Positions 39,332 to 47,465 of a stretch of 64,000 nucleotides of DNA are shown here, one piece after another. The number at the start of each line of letters is the position of its first letter. Within the stretch, counting starts at the first letter, position 1. Under the pieces are notes generated by a model that was not told the DNA's origin, searched no databases, and saw only the letters and a program-made list of their open reading frames with translations. Origin of the DNA: Candidatus Methanosuratincola verstraetei (GTDB taxonomy: Archaea > Thermoproteota > Methanomethylicia > Methanomethylicales > Methanomethylicaceae); assembly GCA_049570475.1 (NCBI GenBank), contig CP186953.1, positions 1,184,001 through 1,248,000 of the forward strand. Reading direction: 5' to 3'. The translations under genes were made by a program, and so were the position numbers.

Positions 39332-39949
39332 ATGGCGTCTGAGAGGCGTAAGACTTTCGTGGCCCGCGAGGATCTGCTCAAGGCAATAAGCGAGATCGCA
39401 AGGGAGAATGGCAAGAGCCTGTACGAGACCGTCAACGAGATCTTCGAATCGGCAATCTTGTTCCAAAAGGCTGGCGTGAGGATGGGCACGGCGCTAGAGG
39501 AATGCGGCAAAATGAGGGTCGCGAAGGAGGCCGGTTACATACTCTGCCTCGAGAACCTCTGGTCGGAGATCAACGAGGTCGCCTACAGGGCATCGCCAGC
39601 GGATGCAGCCGCTGCCTGGAAGCATGCCGGCGTCTGGTTCGGGAGGAAGCATGCCGCAAACCAGCCCGGCGAATGCTTCGAATCGATAAAGAGGGAGCTC
39701 GAATTCTCTCTGTGGAATGTCTCCGAATTCTCGATGGAGTGGGGGGCGGAGGGCGATGATGTGGAGATACAGGTGATAGCCCCCCGCTTCTCAAAGGTGA
39801 CTTCCGATCTGCTCGCATGCTTCCTGGAGGGTATGCTCTCGGCGATCGGGATGAGTTTGGTGCACAGGGAATCTGGGTGCGGGTTCATCAGGGTGGGGGG
39901 GAGGCGCCAAGAGGCTCAAAACCGGGGTGTTCCTGTTGAAAAATCCTGA
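39332..39949 (+). CDS. Putative regulator: N-terminal ribbon-helix-helix plus V4R-like domain (paralog 1)
   Basis: RKTFVAREDLLKAISEIARENGKSLYETVNEIF (strand-helix-helix); later W..AG.W.G and FLEGML..IG pattern. Confidence 0.5.
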   Translation: MASERRKTFVAREDLLKAISEIARENGKSLYETVNEIFESAILFQKAGVRMGTALEECGKMRVAKEAGYILCLENLWSEINEVAYRASPADAAAAWKHAGVWFGRKHAANQPGECFESIKRELEFSLWNVSEFSMEWGAEGDDVEIQVIAPRFSKVTSDLLACFLEGMLSAIGMSLVHRESGCGFIRVGGRRQEAQNRGVPVEKS

Positions 39950-40508
39950 GAAGAAGGGCAAGAAGCTAGTCTACATCTCGGAGGGCATCCTTGACGAGGT
40001 TGCAGCGATCTCCAAGAAGAAGGGCGAGTCGATCACCAGATACATAGAGGATCTGCTGGAGCAGGCAGTGAGGATTGACCGCCTTGGCTTCCGATCCGAG
40101 GGGCTGGCCGATCTCTTGGAGGTGATCCATGTCCTTCGTGTGCTCGGCGCCAATTTCGTCCCGCTGGATGTTGCCAACTCTGCCATTGAAGACGAGGGCG
40201 ATGCTGGGCTCTCGGAAAAGTGGTACGAGAGCGGCAGGCTCTACGGGCGCTACATCCGTGATCGGTTCAAGGATCCGGTTGGCGTGCTGGGGCTGATGCT
40301 CCGCGTGATGAGGTGGGACCTGAACGAGGTTGCAGCCGCACAGGATGGGCACTTCGCCACAGTCAGGTGCGTCTCGACGAGCCTCACGGGCCCTGGCGCG
40401 TCCTCGCTGTCAAAGTTCATCGAGGGCGCGATGCATGGGATGGGATACCGCACCGAGAAGATCGAGTCGATGAAGGGCATGGTGATCGGATCTTTCAGGA
40501 CTGAATAG
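39927..40508 (+). CDS. Putative regulator: N-terminal ribbon-helix-helix plus V4R-like domain (paralog 2)
   Basis: KKLVYISEGILDEVAAISKKKGESITRYIEDLL; WYESGRLYG, FIEGAMHGMG; same architecture as the upstream ORF. Confidence 0.5.
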   Translation: MFLLKNPEKKGKKLVYISEGILDEVAAISKKKGESITRYIEDLLEQAVRIDRLGFRSEGLADLLEVIHVLRVLGANFVPLDVANSAIEDEGDAGLSEKWYESGRLYGRYIRDRFKDPVGVLGLMLRVMRWDLNEVAAAQDGHFATVRCVSTSLTGPGASSLSKFIEGAMHGMGYRTEKIESMKGMVIGSFRTE

Positions 40509-40516
40509 CCCCCAAT

Positions 40517-40600
40517 ATGTGCACATTTTACTGATCCATTAGTATTTTGTATACATATTCAGGTATATACTGTTTAGAGTTCACATAACCTATATATATA
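40517..40600 (+). promoter_or_regulatory. Promoter of the surface-protein gene: three GTNNACAT boxes at 30-bp intervals followed by a TATA box
   Basis: gtgcacat 40519, gtatacat 40549, gttcacat 40579, tatatatata 40591-40600. Confidence 0.6.
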
Positions 40601-40644
40601 GTCACCAGGATACTTTTCTTCACGAAAAATAAGGTGAATAAAAA

Positions 40645-42870
40645 ATGGACGCAAAGAAGATTTTTAGTCTATCTATTGTTGCAGTTCTATTGCTTCCAGC
40701 GATATTCGTTGCATTCCCTCTCGTTGCAGCAACCATCACTGAAAGGCCGATGGTCTTCGACGGGGACTATTACGCTGATCCGATTACCGTGCCTGCAGGC
40801 GGCAACATCAACATCTGGACCGGAGACATGACGATCACAGGCGCCCAGGTCTGGCTCTGGCTGTCCAACTCGGGCAGCGCCGACGCCAACCAGAACAACG
40901 GGGACAGGTGGTACGCCGGCCCGTTCTACGTGGGCGACATACTCAGTGCAACCCCGACAACCAAAACATTCACACCTGCTAGCGGAAATATTGGATCGCC
41001 GTTCACCATGGAGGGGCGGAACTACACCTTCACAGTCGGCAACGGATGGATAAACGGCACAGTGCCCTACATGGTCCAGGGCGGAATCGACTACTGGATC
41101 AAGGTTACCGACGTCGACCCGGTGACCACCCCGTCGATACCCTCTTCAGATGTTGGCGTCTCGACAAACAGGATCAGGTTTAGCGGCTCATTCTACATGA
41201 CGCCTATATCAGGAGCGCCCAATACCCCGGTGACAGTCTCTGGTTACGCCCTTCCGGCTGACATGACCTACAACATCACGCAAAACGAGGCATTCGTTGC
41301 AAATGTCTCCGTCGTGACCCACAACGAGTCCGGCTGGATATGGACAGGCTTCACATACACCTTCCCGATTGTGGACCTAAAGAATAAGGTCGAATGCGAA
41401 GGGCAATTGGATTATGAGGATCTTCCTCTCTATGAAACCGTCACAGTTTCAATCTCTGACGAAGATGCAAACCCTGTGGCGTCCTTTGGCTTCGACCAGT
41501 ACTACAGGGAAGTGTTTGTTGATAACGATGCTTGGGCTTGCTTAGTTGACGACGGCGATTCTTCGTCGTTAGCTCCCCATGGTTGCGATTTTGAGTGCGG
41601 CTTGATCTTCTACACCGGTGAGCAGTACAATGTCTCGCTTTGGTTCTTCCCGTACAACGGCCAGGCTAGGATATACCTCAACTCAACCCTTGTAGCCCAG
41701 AACATTGCGCTGAACGCCAGCGGAGCTGTGGCTGACTACACGATCACAATACCGCAGATCCCATCCGGCAACTACACATTCAGGGTAATCGACAACAACA
41801 ACGTTGAGTACAACTTCACTGTCTGCGTGCTCCAGATACCGACCATCACATTCGACCCCAACAAGGGCGGATGCGGCGACCAGGTGACCCTCAAGTTCGT
41901 CAACATGGCTGACTGGGTAGGCGAGTACGTCACCGTCTGGTTCGACTACACCCCGGCATATTACGAGGTGGATACCGACCTAGTGATGCTGGCGAACTTC
42001 ACGGTCCCTAGCTCGAGCTTCCAGATCACCGTTACAGTGCCCCACTCCGCGGGCGGCCCGAGGTACGTCTTCCTCGGTAACATAAACGGCACGCCACTCA
42101 CATACGGACCAATAAATGAGTGGATCGACACCTACTTCACCGTGACCCCGAAGGTCTGGGTTGACCCAGCCTCCTTCAGCAACGACGGCACTACCTTCTG
42201 GGTCTACGGCTGCGGTTTCGAAGCAGGTGAAGGTGTTGGAGGATATTACGTTGACATTGACAACCAGGGTTTGGCAATTGGAAACCAAGCTTGGGTTTAT
42301 CCTAACGCCACTAACGGTGACATTGCAGTCCAGCTAGTCAAGGCAGGCTTTAGACCCGGGCTCCATGTGGTTTCGTTCTACAACTATAATGATGGTCCAA
42401 GCTATTCGATCTACGCCTACGCCACATTCACTGTTGCGACCACCGGCGACCTCGTCGTCGGCGACCTCATGAACTACATGAACTCCTCGTTCTCGAGCCT
42501 CAACGCCAAGCTCGTGGCAATCGAGGATGACATCGCAACCGTGCAGACGACCCTCGGCACAATGCAGACCAGCATCAACAACCTCGACGCCAAGGTGGTA
42601 GCCCTCCAGGGCAACATGGCAACCGTCCAGACGATCCTCGGGCAGATCAACGGCACAGTGACCGCCATCAACGGCAACGTAGCTACCATAAAGACCGACG
42701 TGGGCACGATCAAGGCCGACGTCTCGGCAGTGAAGGCTGACACAACCACGATGAAGGGCTTCCTGCCAGTTGACATGACCCCGGTCTGGATCGCAGTGGT
42801 GCTCGCGCTCATCGCAGCAATAGCCTCCATCTACTCCATAGTCGTCATAAGGAGCAAGATCGCGGCTTAA
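40645..42870 (+). CDS. Large secreted surface / S-layer-like glycoprotein with coiled-coil stalk and C-terminal TM anchor
   Basis: signal peptide; beta-rich Ig-like body; about 15 N-x-S/T sequons; repeated (I/M/V)AT(V/I)(Q/K)T..G stalk; terminal TM followed by RSK. Confidence 0.75.
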   Translation: MDAKKIFSLSIVAVLLLPAIFVAFPLVAATITERPMVFDGDYYADPITVPAGGNINIWTGDMTITGAQVWLWLSNSGSADANQNNGDRWYAGPFYVGDILSATPTTKTFTPASGNIGSPFTMEGRNYTFTVGNGWINGTVPYMVQGGIDYWIKVTDVDPVTTPSIPSSDVGVSTNRIRFSGSFYMTPISGAPNTPVTVSGYALPADMTYNITQNEAFVANVSVVTHNESGWIWTGFTYTFPIVDLKNKVECEGQLDYEDLPLYETVTVSISDEDANPVASFGFDQYYREVFVDNDAWACLVDDGDSSSLAPHGCDFECGLIFYTGEQYNVSLWFFPYNGQARIYLNSTLVAQNIALNASGAVADYTITIPQIPSGNYTFRVIDNNNVEYNFTVCVLQIPTITFDPNKGGCGDQVTLKFVNMADWVGEYVTVWFDYTPAYYEVDTDLVMLANFTVPSSSFQITVTVPHSAGGPRYVFLGNINGTPLTYGPINEWIDTYFTVTPKVWVDPASFSNDGTTFWVYGCGFEAGEGVGGYYVDIDNQGLAIGNQAWVYPNATNGDIAVQLVKAGFRPGLHVVSFYNYNDGPSYSIYAYATFTVATTGDLVVGDLMNYMNSSFSSLNAKLVAIEDDIATVQTTLGTMQTSINNLDAKVVALQGNMATVQTILGQINGTVTAINGNVATIKTDVGTIKADVSAVKADTTTMKGFLPVDMTPVWIAVVLALIAAIASIYSIVVIRSKIAA

Positions 42871-42883
42871 GCCGCGACCCTGC

Positions 42884-42907
42884 ATTTTTCCCTTTTTTTA
42901 TTATTAA
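42884..42907 (+). terminator. Archaeal oligo(T) terminator
   Basis: atttttcccttttttta directly after the surface-protein stop codon. Confidence 0.55.
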
Positions 42908-43070
42908 TGTTCCGTAATTCTCCCAACCTTGAATTTCCCAAGTTCTCATCTCATTCAAAACGCCGATGGCTTGCGGGATCAGCAGCTGAAAAGCGCAGTT
43001 CAGGGTCGGTGCATTCCCCATTCTGGGAAAGATGCCGTGGGATCCGCTGCCGCAGCCGTGGCGCCGTAGA

Positions 43071-43934
43071 TCATCTGCTCTCGTCCAGGAAATCCGTCAA
43101 CTCCTTGGCAGTTGGGAGCCCTTCCCTGGCGCCGCGCTTCTGGATCTTCAAAGCAGCAGCCCCGCACCCCCAACTCAGCGCTTCCTCCGCGCCCCTCCCG
43201 CCCAGGGCGGCCGCGATGAACCCGGCGTCGAACGCGTCCCCTGCGCCAGTGGTGTCTACAGCCTTTGCGGCGAATGCGGGGCAGTGCGCCTCCCTCTCCC
43301 TGGAGTAGTATGAAGCGCCGCGGGCGCCCCGCTTCACCACCGCCGCGCCGACCGCCCCGAGCGCAGCCTGGGCCCCTCCAATGAGGCCGAGCTCCTCCTC
43401 GTTCAAGAGCAGGAAGTCGACGCCCGCCAAATCATTGGGCGAGAATTGCCTAACGCCCCCTCCTGGATCGAATGAGACCATTGCGCCCCCTTTCCTCTTC
43501 ATCACTTCCTGGAATGCCCTCTTCGGGACGTTTGCGATGTGGATCAGCCTGCACCCTGAAAAATCAGCCCTTTTTGCAGCCTCTGCTATCATCTCGTTTG
43601 CCCCCCTCCACGCCACCATCGTCCTCATGCCCCCCTCAACAAGCACGCATACCGTCCCAGTCCCGAGATCGCACTCGAGTACGCCCTCCGTCCCGACGCC
43701 TTCATCCCTCAGCGCCTCAAGGGCATCCCTCCCGAAGAGATCCCTCCCGACGCAACCGACGACCGAGCAGGGCATCCCTAGCCTGGCGATCCCGACAGCG
43801 AAGTTGGCTGCCGACCCCCCGTGGGAAAGCATGAACCCTTCTGCAAGGGACTCCGAGTCCCTCCCGGGGAACTCGCTCATGTAAAATGCGAGATCCACGT
43901 TTATGTTCCCGACCGAAGCGACCTTGCCCCCCAA
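43071..43934 (-). CDS. PfkB-family carbohydrate/nucleoside kinase
   Basis: GGSAAN, NEEE, VDTTGAGDAF. Confidence 0.92.
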   Translation of the reverse strand: MGGKVASVGNINVDLAFYMSEFPGRDSESLAEGFMLSHGGSAANFAVGIARLGMPCSVVGCVGRDLFGRDALEALRDEGVGTEGVLECDLGTGTVCVLVEGGMRTMVAWRGANEMIAEAAKRADFSGCRLIHIANVPKRAFQEVMKRKGGAMVSFDPGGGVRQFSPNDLAGVDFLLLNEEELGLIGGAQAALGAVGAAVVKRGARGASYYSREREAHCPAFAAKAVDTTGAGDAFDAGFIAAALGGRGAEEALSWGCGAAALKIQKRGAREGLPTAKELTDFLDESR

Positions 43935-44025
43935 ATTTCTTCACCCCCCTGGTGTGCTGCTGCCTCCCCTCAGCCAAACCGGCGATTCCCGGTTTGCGCT
44001 GCCGGCAGGCGCATCTGCGCAGCCC

Positions 44026-44703
44026 TCAGAGTATTACCCTTGCGTCGACTACCCTGCACCCCTTCTCGTAGGCAATCACCGGGTTCAGGTCTAGCTCCTT
44101 TATCCATGGGTTCTCGACCATCATCCTCGAGACCTTCAGGAGGGTATCAACAAGGGCGCCTGTGTCCGAGGGCTTCCTCCCCCTTACGCCCTTGAGCAGC
44201 GGGTATGCCTTGAGCTCTGAGATCATCTCCTCTGCGTCAAGCTCGGTTATCGGGGCGACCCTGAACGAGACATCCTTGAACACTTCGACGAAAATCCCTC
44301 CCAGCCCGAACATGAGCACAGGCCCGAACTGAGGGTCCCGCTTCGCCCCGACTATTGTCTCCACCCCCGGATTAGCCATCCTCTCGAGGAGCGCCCCCTC
44401 GAACCTGAAACCGTGCCCCTCGGCAATCCTCCTCATCCTCTCGAAGGCTTCAACAACCGCCCCTTCCCCGACATTCAGCTCCACCCCGCCCACATCCGAC
44501 TTGTGGACCACGTCCGGAGAAACGATCTTGACCGCCAGCGGGTACCCTATCTTAGCCCCTTCGACAGCCGCCTCCTCGGCGCTCCGCGCTACCGCCCATT
44601 CCCCCACTGGCAGGCCATAGCCCCTGCAGAGCTCCTTAGCCTCAGGCTCGAGTAGCCAACCCCTCTCCTTTCCCTTCGCAAGAACTGATTCCATGGAAAC
44701 CAT
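44026..44703 (-). CDS. acdB: ADP-forming acyl-CoA synthetase beta subunit (ATP-grasp)
   Basis: LLEPEAK, KIVSPDVVHKSDVGGV, DPQFGP, FGLGGIFVE, ELDLNP. Confidence 0.88.
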   Translation of the reverse strand: MVSMESVLAKGKERGWLLEPEAKELCRGYGLPVGEWAVARSAEEAAVEGAKIGYPLAVKIVSPDVVHKSDVGGVELNVGEGAVVEAFERMRRIAEGHGFRFEGALLERMANPGVETIVGAKRDPQFGPVLMFGLGGIFVEVFKDVSFRVAPITELDAEEMISELKAYPLLKGVRGRKPSDTGALVDTLLKVSRMMVENPWIKELDLNPVIAYEKGCRVVDARVIL

Positions 44704-44883
44704 CCCTGATCTAACGTGAACCGAAGATTTTTTAACCTCATCGGCGCCTTGTCGACTCCTTTGCTGCACCCCTCCTAAAAAGATGCATGCAGCGCCTGTT
44801 TGAATGCGTCTGGAATCCCCATGCTGCGAAAGTTTTAAAATTCCAGCCGCCCTTCATTCTTCAATCCGGTTGTGGTGCATTAA

Positions 44884-46821
44884 ATGCAGCATGTAGTGGC
44901 TAGGGACTCACCAGGGGAGAGGCACCTCCTCCTCGGCAACGAGGCTGTGGCTAGGGGTGCCATCGAGAGCAATGTGGAGGTGGCGGCTGCCTATCCTGGC
45001 ACGCCCTCATCTGAGATCGTGGAGACCCTCGCTCAGGTTGCAGACGAGGTGGGTATGCACGTCCAGTGGTCCACGAACGAGATGGTCGCCTTCGAGGTCG
45101 CGATCGGCGGCGCACTCTGCGGGAAGCGCAGCCTGGCTTCGATGAAGCACATAGGCGCCAACTGGATCATGGACCCGCTCATGCACGCTATCTACCATGG
45201 GTTCGACGCGGGGCTCCTCCTGATCTCGGCTGACGATCCTTCAGGTCACAGCTCTGCGAACGAGCAGGACAACAGGTACATGGCCCAGCTAGCGGAGATC
45301 CCAGCGATCGAGCCCTCGGACTTCCAGGAGGCAAAGGACTTCGTCGGGCATGCACTCGCCCTCTCAGAGGAGGTCCGGTTGCCCGTTATGCTCAGGCTTG
45401 TGACCAGGATATGCCATTCCAGGGGTGACTGCACGCTCGGACCCATGAGGAGGGAGAGGAAGCCCCCGCGGTTCTCGGACGACTACTACCGTGACTTCGT
45501 CCTGGGGGAGGGCATAGTCGGCCCCAAGGCGATACCAAAGCTCCACAGGATACAGCATGAGAAGCTGGCTAAGGTCGAGGGCGCCGCAGCCCGGATGGGT
45601 CTCTTCCGTTCGGAGCTCCCCGAGGGCGATCCGGCAGGGGGCTTGGGGATAATAGCCTCATCCGCGCCTGTCGGTTATGTCCTTGACTGCTTGAACTCGA
45701 GGGGGTTGAGGGGGAGGGTTGGCTTCCTGCGGCTTGGCCTATCCGTCCCCTTCCCGGAGAAGACGGTCTCGGATTTCGCCTCCTCATTCGAGAGGGTGCT
45801 GGTGGTGGAGGAGGGTGAGCCCTACATCGAGAGGCAACTTGCCGGTCTTGCAAAGGGCTCATTCCCCAGACTGGAGATCTATGGCAAGCTCTCGTCCCAC
45901 CTCCCTAGGGAGGGGGAGCTGAGCCTGTCTCTCGTAGACGACGCCTTGGCGTCCCTGCTCGGGCTTGAGAGGCGAGCCGTCCCCCCCGAGAAGCTCAAGC
46001 TGATGGAGCTCTCGTCAAGACTGCTCACCCCGAGGACGCTCACAATGTGCGCTGGGTGCCCACACAGGGCTGCGTACTATGCGGCGAAGAAGGCGACCCG
46101 CACAGTCGCCAACGCGAAGTACATCGCCATCGGCGACATCGGCTGCTACACTTTGGGGATGTACCCGCCTCTGCGCTTCATGCAGGACGTCTTCTGCATG
46201 GGCGGCAGCATAGGGGTCGCGAACGGCGTCGCGAAGTCGGGTATAACCGATCCCGTTATAGCTACGATAGGCGACTCGACATTCTACCACGCCGGGATCC
46301 CCGCGCTCATCAACGCCACGTTCAACCAGGCTAGCATAAAGGTGATGGTGCTGGACAATGAGGTCACTGCAATGACCGGCTACCAGCCCCACCCCGGGTG
46401 CGGTGAGACCGCAACAAAGAAGCCCACCAAGAAGGTCGCAATAGAGGACATCTGCAGGGCATGCGGCATCGAGTTCGTCAGGATAGTCGACCCGTACGAC
46501 TTTGGGTCAAGCGTCAAGGCGATGGAGGACGCGATAAGGTTCGAAGGCCCCGCAGTGGTGATCTTCAGGCGGATCTGCACCCAGGAGCACCTGAGGCGGG
46601 CGAGGCGGCAGGGGATCAGGATCGAGAAGTACCGCGTGGATCCGCAGAAGTGCATAGGTTGCAGGACATGCGTGGCTGCATTCGGATGCCCTGCTATAGG
46701 CTTTGACAGGGAGAAGAAGAAAGCATTCGTCGTGACGCTGGACTGCGTAGGCTGCGGTGTGTGTACTGCAGTCTGCCCCAATGGCGCATTTGCGATCGAC
46801 GAAGTGAGGGAGGTTTGCTGA
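44884..46821 (+). CDS. iorA: Indolepyruvate:ferredoxin oxidoreductase alpha subunit
   Basis: LLGNEAVARG, YPGTPSSE, CAGCPH, GDIGC, GDSTFYHAG, two C-terminal ferredoxin motifs. Confidence 0.93.
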   Translation: MQHVVARDSPGERHLLLGNEAVARGAIESNVEVAAAYPGTPSSEIVETLAQVADEVGMHVQWSTNEMVAFEVAIGGALCGKRSLASMKHIGANWIMDPLMHAIYHGFDAGLLLISADDPSGHSSANEQDNRYMAQLAEIPAIEPSDFQEAKDFVGHALALSEEVRLPVMLRLVTRICHSRGDCTLGPMRRERKPPRFSDDYYRDFVLGEGIVGPKAIPKLHRIQHEKLAKVEGAAARMGLFRSELPEGDPAGGLGIIASSAPVGYVLDCLNSRGLRGRVGFLRLGLSVPFPEKTVSDFASSFERVLVVEEGEPYIERQLAGLAKGSFPRLEIYGKLSSHLPREGELSLSLVDDALASLLGLERRAVPPEKLKLMELSSRLLTPRTLTMCAGCPHRAAYYAAKKATRTVANAKYIAIGDIGCYTLGMYPPLRFMQDVFCMGGSIGVANGVAKSGITDPVIATIGDSTFYHAGIPALINATFNQASIKVMVLDNEVTAMTGYQPHPGCGETATKKPTKKVAIEDICRACGIEFVRIVDPYDFGSSVKAMEDAIRFEGPAVVIFRRICTQEHLRRARRQGIRIEKYRVDPQKCIGCRTCVAAFGCPAIGFDREKKKAFVVTLDCVGCGVCTAVCPNGAFAIDEVREVC

Positions 46822-46822
46822 G

Positions 46823-47434
46823 ATGGCTCTGAACAAGACGATCGAGATAGTCATATCCGGCGTCGGCGGGCAGGGGAACGTCAAGGGCGCCCAGATTCTC
46901 GGGGCTGCAGCAGTGAAGGCTGGCCTGCATGTGAGGGTCTCCGATGTCTTCGGCATAGCCCAGAGGGGAGGCCCTGTCTTGAGCCACGTCAGGATAGGCG
47001 ATGTAAACGGCACCATGGTAGACATGCACTCCGCGGACGCGGTAGTCGGGCTGGAGCCGATGGAGGCGCTCCGGGCAGCCTCGTCCTTCCTGAAGCCTGG
47101 GGGCACTGTAATAATGAGCACGAGGCCTATCTACCCTGTGGAGGTCAACACTGGAAAGGCGGATTACCCGCCGCTTCCTGCGATCCTGGACGCAATCCGG
47201 GTCGCAGCAGGCAGGGTGATCACGCTTGACGCTACAGAGGTCGCCTCATGCGCCGGGATACCCATGGCTGCGAACGTAGTCATGTTGGGCGTGCTAGCAG
47301 GCACCGGGATGCTCCCATTCGCTACTGATTACATAAAGGCGGCGATAAGGGAGATGATACCCAGGTCGGTTGAGGAGAACATCCGGGCCTTCGAAGAGGG
47401 CTTCTCCATCGGCAAGTCCGCCCCAAAGGGATGA
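46823..47434 (+). CDS. iorB: Indolepyruvate:ferredoxin oxidoreductase beta subunit
   Basis: GVGGQG, GIAQRGG, EPMEALR, NVVMLG. Confidence 0.92.
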   Translation: MALNKTIEIVISGVGGQGNVKGAQILGAAAVKAGLHVRVSDVFGIAQRGGPVLSHVRIGDVNGTMVDMHSADAVVGLEPMEALRAASSFLKPGGTVIMSTRPIYPVEVNTGKADYPPLPAILDAIRVAAGRVITLDATEVASCAGIPMAANVVMLGVLAGTGMLPFATDYIKAAIREMIPRSVEENIRAFEEGFSIGKSAPKG

Positions 47435-47465
47435 ACCTTTTTTATGACTCTGTTCGAATGATAAT

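Noticed and set aside
43935-44025. Hairpins (caaaccgg...ccggtttg) between acdB and pfkB
   Set aside because: Short GC-rich stems that occur once; insufficient to call an ncRNA or repeat element.
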